Of a stretch of 64,000 bases of DNA, positions 1 to 11,589 are shown in pieces (position 1 is the stretch's first letter; each line of letters begins with the position of its first letter). The translations under genes and the position numbers were made by a program. Below the pieces are notes generated by a model. The model searched no databases. It saw nothing but the letters and a program-made list of their open reading frames with translations, and was not told the DNA's origin. This DNA comes from Takakia lepidozioides (taxonomy: Eukaryota > Plantae > Bryophyta), in assembly GCA_030704615.1 (NCBI GenBank), contig CM060733.1, positions 22,754,001-22,818,000 of the forward strand. The letters run 5' to 3'.

Positions 1-1209
1 GTTGGGGTGTTTATCTGGAGTCGCTTACAATGAATCGAAGATCTACTTCTCAGCTGACATGCAGTTGATGGTTTTATATTGGTCAATGATGGTGGGCCGT
101 GGCTGCTACGGGAGTCTGAATATGACAGTCTTTGGGGACCTGATACTGTTCGCATGGGACTAGCAAAACGACTACTATACAATTCAGCTACAGGAACAAC
201 AATAGCATCAAACACCTAGCAGTAAATAGGATTTTTTACATTGCTTGTGACAGCTCCAATCAGTTAGTTGGTGGTTAGTTAGTTGGAGATTATTTAGTTG
301 GTGATCAGTTTACAAGTGCTTTATAGTAAATCGTCAGAAGTACCACAAGCCGTTACAAATGAACCTCGACTGGTCACCCGACACTATTTCCTTGAAGATT
401 TCGTAGAAAACGCCATTTTCTCCATCAACGTACTCGCCACCGAGCCACTCTCTAGAAGCATACGACCAGCATACTTACTCCCCAATTGGATACTTTTAGC
501 ATCTTACTCCAGGGTCAATTACTTGGACATTATGTTTTGAAGAACATACGAGTAATTCATCATCTTCGCGATTCACTGAAAGTCTGCAAGACCACCAATT
601 CTTCGAGAAGTACAGCTAAACTTCGGTCGCACAAGACATTGTTGGTTGGCGTAATATTGGAGGATATTTTTTGCGAGGTCATCACCATATCAACGATTCT
701 CGAGACAACATTTCAGGGACTTCTTCCATCTTCTGCTGACGAAAACCTTCGGAACAACGGAAGAATACAGATTTAAAAATGGTCCCTCCAACCTTGTCAA
801 AATATTGTGATTTTGGGAAATGACTTTCCTCAAAATATTTCCATCATAAGTACGTCGGCTGACATCGTCTTGTGCTAACAGAGTTCAGCCCTTCTTCTAG
901 AAGTTGATACTCTCATTGACATGGTTTACGTTACTTGTATTGGTCCATGCCGCATGGGGCGAGACTTACTCAAATTGACATGGTTCTGAAATAAAACCTG
1001 GTTGTTTATCATCAATGTCTCACCATTGTCTTTCATTTCATTTCATGGTATTGTGTCATTGTGCCATATTTTGCTCATTTATTTGATTGATTTGTCTTGT
1101 ACGTTACATAGTAACGTCTTTCACAAGCTCAGTCGCGGTTACGCATATGACTGGTGCTCCAATCATCCATCAGGCCGTGGATCATGAAGCGAGTTATCAC
1201 CCGACACAC

Positions 1210-1432
1210 GTTTTTTTAATTTATTTTTTAATGTAATGGAAACACCTGGGAGCGACAGCTCACAAATCAGGCCCCCTTAATAGTATAACCTCTTTCATAG
1301 TAACCCCACCATGTGGCGTTGGAATGGGACACCACCCATGAACATACCACACTCATCAGTAGCAAGATTTGACCCCATAATCATCTGGGTGGCACTCAGT
1401 GCACTTCACCAACTGAGCTACTGACTGTTGGT
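1210..1432 (-). mobile_element. Probable tRNA-derived SINE
   Basis: The minus strand reads AGTAGCTCAGTTGGT (Pol III box A-like), then GGGTCAAATC (box B-like), and ends in an A-rich tail (T-run at 1210-1230 on +). No full cloverleaf is evident. Confidence 0.55.
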
Positions 1433-1676
1433 ATCTCATTCAACTCTTACTAAACGTCGAGTGAACAGTGGATTTTGCTTTATGAGCCAAATAGAAACTG
1501 TTTTTTCTCCAGACAAACAATTATTTATATCTTTATATTTATATTTAAAATGATCCATTTAAATGATTTAAAAAATACATATTAAGATATTTCTCCTTAT
1601 TTCTGGACCAAACTTTAGTCCAGATTTACTTAAAATTGTGTTAGAATGGTCTATCTGCTCTGTGTGCAAGTCCTCT

Positions 1677-1678
<2 letters not shown>

Positions 1679-1712
<34 letters not shown>

Positions 1713-1723
1713 CTCTCTCTCTC
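1679..1723. repeat. Compound (AT)n(CT)n microsatellite
   Basis: Directly visible dinucleotide runs. Confidence 0.95.
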
Positions 1724-1907
1724 CAATAGTTTTTACAAACTCACCTCAGACATCCTCCGCCTCATGTCTTCGTGGAGTCAAGAGGGATTGTCAAATTTTG
1801 GAATTGAACCTTGCTATTGTGTCATTGTATTCTGCAGATGTGATTCTCCCTAGACCCATACCTGGTGTTTTTTTTCGATTCAGTTTTAGGGTTGAAGAGA
1901 CAAGAGA

Positions 1908-2179
1908 ACGGGAGATCTCCCGTCATCCTTAGCATTGTCCCCACTTTTAGTTTGTATTTGTATTCGGCATTCTATTTAATCATCCTAGGCCAATCATCAG
2001 TGCATGCTAGTGTAATGGTTGAGGAGAAGAGAACGGGAGATCTCCCGTCATCCTGATCAGACTTTCACCATTTTTTTTGCATTTGTTTCGTGCATCTGTT
2101 TTTCTTTGTGGGCTCATTCCTGGTGTTTGAAGGCAACGTGGGCTTAGGGTCTTTGCCAAGGGAACGGGAGGTCTCCCGT
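1908..2179. repeat. Three copies of the 16-bp palindrome ACGGGAGATCTCCCGT
   Basis: Copies at 1908, 2033 and 2164 (the third has one mismatch). Confidence 0.85.
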
Positions 2180-2403
2180 CAACTTGTGGAGAGACGAGTC
2201 TTACAATCCTGTAGATGCATCTGCTTCCTCCCCTTCGGCATTGGCCTACGTCCGAAGTATAATTTCCGGAGCTTGCGACGAGGTCTCCTGGCTGGTGCAC
2301 GAACTCCCCCCCTCTCAGGTTCGAGCATAAGAAGAACAGAGAGAGGAAAAAGGGCCAAAGAGTGCAGATGGAAAGGGCGCGAGAGGGGTGACTGAGGAGA
2401 CAC
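2179..2403 (-). CDS. Small basic ORF of the Mutator-like family (unknown function)
   Basis: RRPRRKLRKLYFGRRPM matches SRPRRKLKALYYGRRPI in ORF 62000-62329. Both ORFs have the same position and orientation relative to a palindrome array. Confidence 0.5.
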   Translation of the reverse strand: MSPQSPLSRPFHLHSLALFPLSVLLMLEPERGGVRAPARRPRRKLRKLYFGRRPMPKGRKQMHLQDCKTRLSTS

Positions 2404-2677
2404 TACAAAAGTAGATGAAACGGCGGTGATGCACCACTTGGGTTCGAAAGGGTTGGACGAAAGTGTCTCCTCGGGGAGTTTGCGTCATTACGAAATTCGA
2501 ATCGTTGAGGGTACGCCTGCCGTCCAAAAAACAAACATCATTATCGAACGGTCAGGCCGCGCCGCCTCATGCCCCTTCAGTCAGATAGAGTGCCGACATG
2601 TGCAGCAATTCCGTTGCTCCACGTGTTCACATTTCAAGGTATTTCCGTCCCAGCGTCTGATGAGTTGGAGCGAAAAT

Positions 2678-4385
2678 GCGAATGCGGCGCCGCATTTCCG
2701 TTAAGTACCATCACGAAGCTACACATCCGTACTTGTTGGAAGAAAATGCGGCACCGCATTTCCGTTCCACCTTCACATACCTTAGTTGATGAACGGAAAT
2801 ACGGTGCCGCATTTCCGTCCCACAGCTCCAAGTATGAGATTCAAAAGGGAAATGCGGCGCCGCATTTCCGTTCTGGAATGTCGAAAGGTGCGATTGGGAC
2901 GGGAATGAGGCACAACATTTCTGTTCCCGTGGTTCATGATTTTCAATGTGAACGGAAATGCGGTACCGCATTTCCGTTCCCACTTCACATCCGTTAGATG
3001 ATGAATGGAAATGCCGTGCCACATTTCCGTTCGGGAAAGTATAGAGGTCTCACCTGGACAGAAATGCGGTGCCGCATTTCCGGTCCGGAAACTTTGAAGG
3101 TCTCACATGGATGGAAATGCTGCTACACATTTTCGTAGCACAGCTCCAGGCCCAATATACAAAACGGAAATGCGGCGCCGCATTTTCGTTCTAGAATGTC
3201 GGAAGGTGCGACTGGAACGGAAATGCGGTGCCGGATTTCTGTTCCCGTTGCGCACGATTTTCAGTCAGAATGGAAATGCGGTACCGCATTTCCGTTCTGT
3301 AGAGTATTAACGTCTGACGCTGGCGGAAATGCCGTGCCGCATTTTCGTTCCACAGCTCCATGCCTCACATACAAAACGGAAATGCGGCGCCGCATTTCCG
3401 TTTTGGAATGTCGGAAGGTGCGACTCCGACGGAAATGCGGTACCGCATTTCAGTTCCGAGGTTTCAGGATATTTCATCAGAACGGAAATGCGGTGCCGCA
3501 TTTCCCTTTTGAATCTAATACATTCCGTTCTGGAATGTTGGGAAGTGCGACTCGGATGGAAATCCGTTGCCGCATTTCAGTTCCGACGGTTCACGATTTT
3601 CAGTCAGAACGGAAATGCGGTACCGCATTTCCGTTCTGGAATGTTGGTTGGTGCGACTCGGATGGAAATACGGTGCCGCATTTTAGTTCAGATGGTTCAC
3701 GATTTTCAGTCAGAACGGAAATGCGTTGCCGCATTTCCGTTCTGGATAGTATGAATGTCTCAAGCGGTCGGAATTGCGCTGTATGAAGCTGTCGGAATCG
3801 CACTCGGCTCCATGCATCAGATACAAAATGGAAATGCGGCGCCGCATTTCCGTTCTGGAATGTCGAAAAGTGCGACTCGGACGGAAATGTGGTGCCGCAT
3901 TTCTGTTCCCGTTGTTCGTAAATCTCAATCAGAACGGAAATGCGGTACCGCATTTCCGTTCCACCTTCACATACCGTGCTTGTTGAATGGAAATGCGGTA
4001 CCGCATTTCCGTTCTGGAGAGTATGAATGTCTTTTAAGGACGGAAATGTGCTGCAGCATTTCTATCCCTCAGCTCCATGCATCAGATACAAAATGGAAAT
4101 GCGGCGCCGCTTTTCCGTTCTGAAATGTCGGAAAAGTGCGACTCGGACGGAAATGCGGTGCCGCATTTCTGTTCCCGTTGTTCATAATTCTCAATCAGAA
4201 CGGAAATGCGGTACCGCATTTCCGTTCCACCTTCACATACCGTGCTTGCTGGATGGAAATGCGTTACCGCATTTCCGTTCTAGAGAGTATAAAGGTTTCC
4301 CCCGGACGGAAACTCGGTGCCGCATTTCCGTCGCTCTGGTGCATGACCAAGATGCAATACGGAAATGCGGCGCCGTATTTCCGTC
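2678..4385. repeat. Array of about 30 palindromes GGAAATGCGG-NN-CCGCATTTCC with 53-bp period
   Basis: Central hexamers start at 2962, 3015, 3068, 3121, 3174, 3227, 3280 and so on. Spacers recur as a higher-order repeat of about 265 bp (3830-4095 vs 4095-4361). Confidence 0.95.
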
Positions 4386-4799
4386 CACCGGCAATCGAAA
4401 AAATCAATCGGGACGGGAAATTTGGAACCTGAATGGGTTGCATTGTTCCGAAACAACACAATTGCGGCCAGTCTTGATGAGCACAACTTGGTTGTCTGAC
4501 CGTTTTAACCAGCAGTCCTGGCACTTGTCAGTGCGAACGTTCCTGTCTGCACCGAGAATACTGCTGGATCCACCCTCAGGAGAAACTGTCAGGAGATGTT
4601 ATTTCGTCGCCGAATCGGCCATCATTGTCATACTCACTGGCTATGGAATCAAACCTCCCACCTTCATGCATGTAGCTTGAAACAATACTTTCCACTTCAA
4701 TGTGCGACTTCCAATCGTCGATGGACTCCGCATGGTGCCTGTGAGCCTTGGTCTGTCGCTATACTGAACCTCGCACTTGCCAACTCCGTGCGGTGTTCG

Positions 4800-7700
4800 A
4801 TGGCTCCGAATTCCTACGCTATAGTTTGCTGTCCTCCGCAACTTGGGAGAGCCTGGATCCCAAACGAGGGAGGACTTTGCAGAGTGACTGAAACTTACCT
4901 TTGTTTCAAATTCAAGCTCAAACCGGGCACAGTTTATTTGGAAGAAGAAAGGAAGGATGTTCCTGGACAGGTTGACGAGACCATTGTCGTGCTAGGTAAC
5001 GACGGAGGTTGCGGAATCGAATGGCACGTTCCCCCGTCAGACACCATCCTGTACCGAGCTGTGGGAATGCCCATTCCCTTTCCGAATCAGTCGCTGCCCA
5101 CACCATCCACAAAGGAGTCCGGAAACCGACAGGCGGCCACTGCCAACAGAGAGGTATGCAACGATAATCATTCCCGACCTGGACCGTCAAGACCCTCCAT
5201 AGCTTCTCGTGTGGACGTGTTCGACATTTCCGACGAGGAAGATGATTGCATTGAGGTACCCATGTCCTCCACACGGTCGTTCAAATCCGGCATGGACGTC
5301 TCTGTAGGTGCTACGCATGTGCCCTCGAGCATAACTCCAACCCGGTCCATTGTGCAGCTCCTACGACAACATCACCTCGATGGTTCTCGCTCCGAGCTGG
5401 CTGCTCTCGACTATGCCAAATTCCCAGTCAGAAAGAGTGTGCACATTGCAAAGAACCACCGACGTGCATGTCCATGTGCAGAGCCAAGCAATACTACGTT
5501 ATCCATTTGCTCCCGGACTTGACTAGAGCTTGCATACACGTTGGGGTCCACTGCCACCCCTTGGCGAGAGGCAACATGCGTGAGGCTGTGCAGGAAGCAC
5601 ACGACATCATAAAAGAGGAGGTGAAATTGAGCCCCGGAGCCAGACCAAAACAGATTCAGCTGAAGGCAGCCCACAAGATTGCTCTTGGCAAAATCATGTC
5701 TGAAGATGGTTCCGACCGAGAGCCCTTGACCGAAGACGAGATGCGTGACCTCTTGGAGTCCGTCTCGCACGTTTGTAGTCCGAATGTGCGGAATCACATC
5801 GTATCTTGCAAGCAGGAGTTCGGCAGGGGGTCGGACATGTACTCAGTCCTGGAGGTGAAACGAATGACTGGATATGACTACATCCAAGGTAGCAGGTTTC
5901 CAGGGCAAGGCAGCGAATCCGATCGTTGTTACATTTTCAAAATGTCGACGTGTGGGCCTGGGAGTGGAGTCGACTTGGTCACTCGCATGACAACTGGAAA
6001 CTTGTCGAATGCTTGGGTGATGTTTGATCACATCAAGCGAATTACAAACCATCAGTGGGTGACTATGGGTGCGCATGTTTATGACTATCACTCCAAGAGG
6101 CTCATGACGATTGCAATCTGCGAGATGAAAGGGGAGGACACACAGTCCGAGATGCATATGTGGGAGGGCATAAACGAGCAGATGGCAAGGGCGGGATTGC
6201 CAGAGCCCAATTTCAGGGGATTCATGGCAGACAACGCTCAGGCCAACTGGGCAGCGGTGCGGCGTGTGTACGGTGAGGACCCCAATGTTCCAATGGAGGG
6301 GAAAGAGAGATCCTGTGGATTCCATTGGATGCAGAGTCTATCCCACTACACTACCAAATTTGTTGCTAGCTCATTCCAGGCTGAACACCGTGTCCTTTGT
6401 ACGGCGTGGAAGGATGCACCCACATTTGATGACGCGGAGGTTAAGTTTGCTATCATCGAGGCTTGGTGGAACACGTCAGGTGCAGTGGAGACAACCAATC
6501 TGGGAGCATTGCACAGCTGGTTGGGGTGGTGGCATTTTCGGTATCGACAGTTCGGACAGTACATGCGGGAGGTAGGCTGCTGTCATTTTCGTTCATTTGT
6601 CTTTCTGTTACGGACATTTCGATTGGTCCCTCACCATTGTTTGTGTCCTTCTAGGAGCGGTGCTTGGATTCCGACACGGACATGCCGAACACGAATATGG
6701 CAGAATCGGTCCACTCCTCCTGGCGAGCGTCTTCTGCCGCACATCTGGTGGACGTAGTCACGGCCACAACGGAGGACATCGACAGAGCAATCATGCAGCA
6801 AGCCACGTACTACAAGTTCTTGAGCGGCAAACAATGGGGCTTTGGGCCGGACAGGGAGGAATTATTGGTACGAACAGCTTCGAGGTCCAAGAATCCAGTG
6901 AAATGGGCGACAGCATTGCGAGAGAAGATCAAAGGGACGCCTCTGCACCGCAGAGGTGAACACCTAGAGGGGGACGTCCGGACTCGCCCTGTCAGGCGGA
7001 GGATTGAAGAGGAACCCGGGTGCAAAGAGGATTCCTGGAGATCCGACAGGAACATTCGGACAGCACCTCGAGGTCCCGTCATGTTGCCGCACAATGTGTC
7101 TTCCAGCAGTGGAAGCCCAAGAAATTCCAGATCGCCGTCGCCTTCAACCGGGGATTTCGTGCAACAAATTCCCACCGCTCCCTTGCCCCACATTCCGCCC
7201 GCTGTTATGCAGTATGGCCAAGCCATTGTGGAGACGACTGTGTCTGCATCACAGTGGAGAATTGCTCGCACAAAGCCGTCGTTTCGAGGAAGGTGTTCCG
7301 CAATTCGTGTGGATACACGACAACGTTGTTTAGAGATGATAAGGAGGAATCCAGATGGGGCTGTCCCTGCTCCTACTTTTACAGGAAGATTTGTCCATGC
7401 AAAGTTTGCGGAGGCGACAACCACCCAGTTCTGGTTCTGCAGGCACGACATTATGATTTGCGTGTATGGAAAGCCCAAGTACGGCATACAAACAATGCCA
7501 GAGGCTCCCCCGGTGTGGCCGGTGGAACCAGGCTGCGATCTGAGTCAGGTTGAGGCCGACGCCCTTACCGCCGCAGGATTTCGGATGGTGCAGCGCACTG
7601 ACTTCCCCAGACAACCATTTCCGCTTCCACAGCCTCCACCACCGACCCCTGTGAGAGCAAGAACAATGGGACACGACAGCTCTAAGCATCCTACACACCG

Positions 7701-8084
7701 TTGGGGAAACCGAAGAGGCGGCGACCTCCCTCAAAAGTGAACGAGACAAGGATGGGGAATGCACTTCGGATGAACTGTACAATCCAGAGCTCGACAGAAG
7801 TGCCCCCACCAGGATTCGGGCGTGTGTATCAGATGGCCACGGCGGGCTCAGCTGTTCGCAATGAGGTGTACACCATCACCATTTCAGAATTACCCACCTG
7901 CAATTGCACCGACTTCCAGATCATGGCGAACAAGGGGGCATCATACTGCCCTTGCAAGCATTTGTACTACGTGTACCTAAAGAGACTCCGTTGTAATTCC
8001 ACAACTCATCACTTCATACATGCACCAGGGTTGAGCCCCCAGGAGGTTCACACTCTTCTGAATATGGATCCAGGGGACCAGTGA
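4800..8084 (+). pseudogene. MULE/Mutator-type DDE transposase with N-terminal WRKY/GCM1-like Zn finger and C-terminal SWIM finger (frameshifted)
   Basis: Zn finger CAHC...C...C...HVGVHCHP; catalytic candidates MFDH, FMADNAQA, CGFHWMQS (MULE CxxH motif) and NTNMAESVHSSW; SWIM CNCTDF...PCKHLYYV. A phase-0 GT-AG intron at 6572-6654 joins ORFs 5468 and 6664 in frame. Frameshifts near 5435 and 7705. Confidence 0.8.
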
Positions 8085-8835
8085 GCTTGGCTTGCGGTCC
8101 ACATACAATGGTACGCCCATCCTTTTCGGATAGTAGAACTGTACTGCTGCCAGTACCTCAGACTCTGGCCACAGAAAGGTCCGACATATGTCTTGCCTAC
8201 CAGTAACCTGTTTTGATCGAACTAAGATATTACTATATCGTTCACTTGTTTCCACGTGCATGTATTTTTGTATGTTGGAGGGTTCATGTTTTTCTGCTTT
8301 CCGAAAACTTGCTCTCCTCATTCGACCTCCGACAAGGAAATGCGGCGCCGAATTTCCAAGTATCGTCGTAGGTACCCCCAGAGGCGGCCTTCGCCAACAC
8401 CAAACCGCTCCGAAATTTCGCACGTGCGAACCCTAATGCGGCACCCTATTTCCCAGTTCAGTTGCAAACCTTTCCCGCCGAATACCCGAAGAAGACAGAA
8501 TTGTGAAGTACTGCAGACTGTATTGGTGCAGACTCCATTGGTTCAATCGCGGCAAAAGGGTCAGCTTCATTCCAATGTTAAGGCATGTAAAACCGCGGAA
8601 TACTCTATACAGGCCAGTATGCGACGTCCTTTTGCAGTGGTATACTGGATTTCCCGTTGCACGGTCACTTATTTCCATGAGCGGATCTATAAAACCATGA
8701 GCGGACTTGTTACTGACGACATATCTTCGCCGCATTACATGATCTGGAACGTCCAAAAACGGCAAGGTCAAATAAAAAAAACTATTATTTTAATACTTGT
8801 TTAATCTGCCGCATTTCCAAATTTGGAGGAGTCCG

Positions 8836-8937
8836 CTCATGAAATCCGCGTATCTTAGACTTCGGCTCACCGCTCATGCGGCTCATGCGGCTCATGGCTC
8901 ATGGCTCATGGTTTCTGCTCATGAAATAGTAAACCTC
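8836..8937 (+). repeat. Transposon terminus with (GCTCATG)n subterminal repeats (transposase-side end)
   Basis: The reverse complement GAGGTTTACTATTTCATGAGC aligns with GGGGGCTGCTATTTCATGAGC of the termini at 28566, 34749 and 55552. Confidence 0.75.
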
Positions 8938-8944
8938 GTCTATT

Positions 8945-9345
8945 GAAGCCAATATCTTGCAGGCTTGTGGAGCCTGCTTGGGGCTATTTGAAGGACTATG
9001 TGGGGTCTTTTGAGGCCAATGTTTTGCAGGCCTGTGGAGCCTTGTGAGGGCTGGTTGGAGGACGATTGGAGGTCCTTGGAGGCCCATATTGGGCAGATTT
9101 ATGGAACTTTCTAAGAGCTCTTTGGGGGACTATTGGAGGTCCTTGGAGGCCAATATTTGGCAGATTTGAGGAGCTTCTTAAGGGTTGTTGGAGGACTGTT
9201 GGAGGTCCTTGGAGGCCAATACTTGGCAGATTTGTGGAGCTTCTTAAGGGCTGTTTGGAGGACAGTTGAAGGTTCTTGGAGGCCATATTGGGCAGGCTTG
9301 TGAAGCATTGTGAGGGCTGGTTGGAGACCTTGGAGGCCACTAATT
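8945..9345 (+). repeat. Degenerate tandem repeat of about 66 bp in the 5' region of the outer Gypsy element
   Basis: About 6 copies of GGTTGGAGGAC...GGAGGTCCTTGGAGGCCAATATT...GCAGATTTG. Confidence 0.8.
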
Positions 9346-10541
9346 GGCGGGCACCTAGGGCCTTTGGTGGACTGTTTAGAGTCCAAGTTTGCGAACTTCT
9401 TGAACCTCGGTGGGTCTATGTTAGGGGCTGATTGAGGGCAGATTTCAGAAGTTAATGGCAATAATTTGAAGGCTCTTGAGAGTTATTTGAGAGGTTCTTT
9501 AAGGATAGTCTTATCTATTGCTTGAGCAAGAGTGAGTGTGAAGATAGGGGGAATAATGGGATGAGAGCATTCTGGGCTTAGAGATTGTTTTAGCTTCCCT
9601 TATCTATAGTCTTCCATCATTCTTGTAGGCCAAAGCTTTTCCGTAAGCGGAGGCAGAGCCAGTTTGGATAGAGACTTGGCCATCTTGCAAGTTTATCTTG
9701 CAAGTTTGAAGCCGCAAGGAGATCGATTGATTTAAGCTGTAGGAGGTGTTGTTGTTTGAGTTTCATGTGTTTGGATCCTCCTCCCACACATGCATGCTTG
9801 ACTGTGCGCCATGCTAGTTTGGTTTGGGCGCTTGCTTTTATAGGTGGTTGTGCCGGAAATATTGTGGTCAACCAATCCTAGAACGTACTGTCGGTGGTAA
9901 GGGTGGGTTGATGACCAGCAGACCAGAGGAGTGCCTGCGGTGGATGCAGGTGCAGGTGCAGGTTCGGAATAGGAACCTAGTATTCCAAACCATAAGCCGC
10001 AACAAGTTCTCTACCCGGTTACTTTGTGGAAAAGGGGCTTAGAGACAGGTTGATAACCGGTTTGAGTGTGAGTTTTCATCACGGAGGTGCCACCAGTTGC
10101 TGAGGAGAGTGCCGGTACGAGCACCAGCGATACTAGTGGGTATACAAGACGAGGTGTGCGGTTTAGGCCACCTTCACCTTCAGTGTCTTCTGAGGAAAGT
10201 TCAGACTCAGAGTTAGGAGGATTCTCGCCAAGGGTGCAAGTCATTTCCGTGCCATTGTTGTGGGATACGATGGAAGAAATGTATGGAGCTACCAAGGGGC
10301 CACGTCGGTACTCGGGAGCTGTGGGCACCATCGAGCTTGATGATTTCATACAGGAGTTTGATAATTGGTGTGATTTGCAGCAGATGCGCAATCCACAACT
10401 ATTTACGCCTTTTATGGCGTGGAAGGGGCTGTTTCAGCACCTTGAGGGGCCGCCTATGAATGACTACCATGAGTTTAGGCGGGGAAATGAGGTGGAGATT
10501 GAGGAGTGGCAACAATATTGGTCACCTGACTATATCTCCAT

Positions 10542-10898
10542 TGTCAAGTTAAATAAGCACAGTGTGAAACTAGCTAGAATAAAGCTAGTTATTTGTATTT
10601 AACACTTGGATTTAGGTCAAGTGTTAAATCAGGTGTCAAGTTTAGTTTGACACCTGACCCGTCTTATCTTCACGAGAGCGGCAGTCGCGCGGCTCATCTC
10701 TCTCGAGTTGAGCCTGCGCGACCGAGCTCCTTCATCGCTTCAGATCTGAGTGTGCTTATGATGAGAGTGTAGGTTGTTGTGGGGTGGAGTCCCCATAGCT
10801 TGGGGTGCCCCTGGCTCGACTATTATCTTAAAGAGTGATGTTGTTGGATTCATGTTGTTTTCTTGTGTAAACAATGTGTTTTTCTAGTTTTCTTATCA
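10542..10898 (+). repeat. Terminal repeat B, left copy (357 bp, TG...CA)
   Basis: Near-identical to 22150-22506 (2 substitutions seen). Confidence 0.95.
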
Positions 10899-10910
10899 CT
10901 CGAGAGAGAT
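10899..10910 (+). promoter_or_regulatory. Putative self-priming primer-binding site
   Basis: ACTCGAGAGAGAT (10898-10910) is the exact reverse complement of ATCTCTCTCGAGT (10696-10708) inside repeat B. No TGG-type tRNA PBS follows the repeat. Confidence 0.7.
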
Positions 10911-11589
10911 CATGCTACCTAGTTTTTAGTGCTAAGCTAGATACAATGTTTTTTTAGCACTATTATAATATACATCTTGGGGCAGGAGTCCATCTGGCCC
11001 TGCTGTTGCCATGGGCTGTGCGCGCAGATCTAGTTGTCGTCTCTGCTCGTGAGTTTAAAAAAAAAAACAAGAGGTGTGGAGGTTGGAGACTTTGATAGTT
11101 GGCCACAAGGTCTTGGTGATGGAGTCTTGCAGTGACCACTGAACTGTCTGCCTGCGCGATGGCACGATGGGCCCATGGGAGGCGGCCAACATTAGCCATT
11201 TCTCTCATATCTGGGATAACGAGACACTGCTTTCTTCATCTGAAACTACTCCTGCTCTCTCCCGGCGAAGGGCCCGCGCTGGCTGGGATTTGGTGACCAG
11301 CGATATTCCGCCAGCATGAGTGGGACTGGCTTCCGTTCCATGCAATATTAGGTCTCTCCCGGCTTAAGTTAGTTCCAATTTGCAGGGCAGCAAGTCTGCA
11401 TTGTTTGCTGTCTCTTGCAATGGCCATTTGCTGCAGGGTTGGAAGTTCAAGGCACCAGTTACCTTCGCCAATGTGAACGCATTTGACTTCCGGTCACAAT
11501 GAAGGAGACAAACTTCTGAGGAATGCTGATGTCGCTGAGATTCTGCACCAGACCACTTTCCCTCGTTCAGTCAAGCTTTCGGGAACAGA

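Larger units (their letters stand above)
1900..8937 (+). mobile_element. Mutator-like DNA transposon piece M1 (transposase end; left boundary not determined)
   Basis: Contains a palindrome array, a MULE/SWIM transposase and the family terminus ending CATGAAATAGTAAACCTC at 8937, which abuts Gypsy-associated sequence. Confidence 0.7.

Noticed and set aside
1-1200. Short ORFs or a possible retroelement remnant
   Set aside because: No recognisable motifs or boundaries, so no call can be supported.
1340-1432. tRNA gene
   Set aside because: Only box A and box B-like motifs are present, with no consistent cloverleaf, and an A-rich tail follows; a SINE fits better.
2678-4385. CRISPR array (palindromic repeats with spacers of about 30 bp)
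   Set aside because: Spacers recur as higher-order repeats, the repeats are degenerate, there are no cas genes, and the context is eukaryotic.
2426-4680. Many overlapping ORFs with KCGAAFPF, EMRRRIS and GNAAPHFR peptides (similar ones at 31.5-32.4, 58.1-59.2 and 62.4-64 kb)
   Set aside because: These are translations of stop-poor palindromic repeats in all six frames, not genes.
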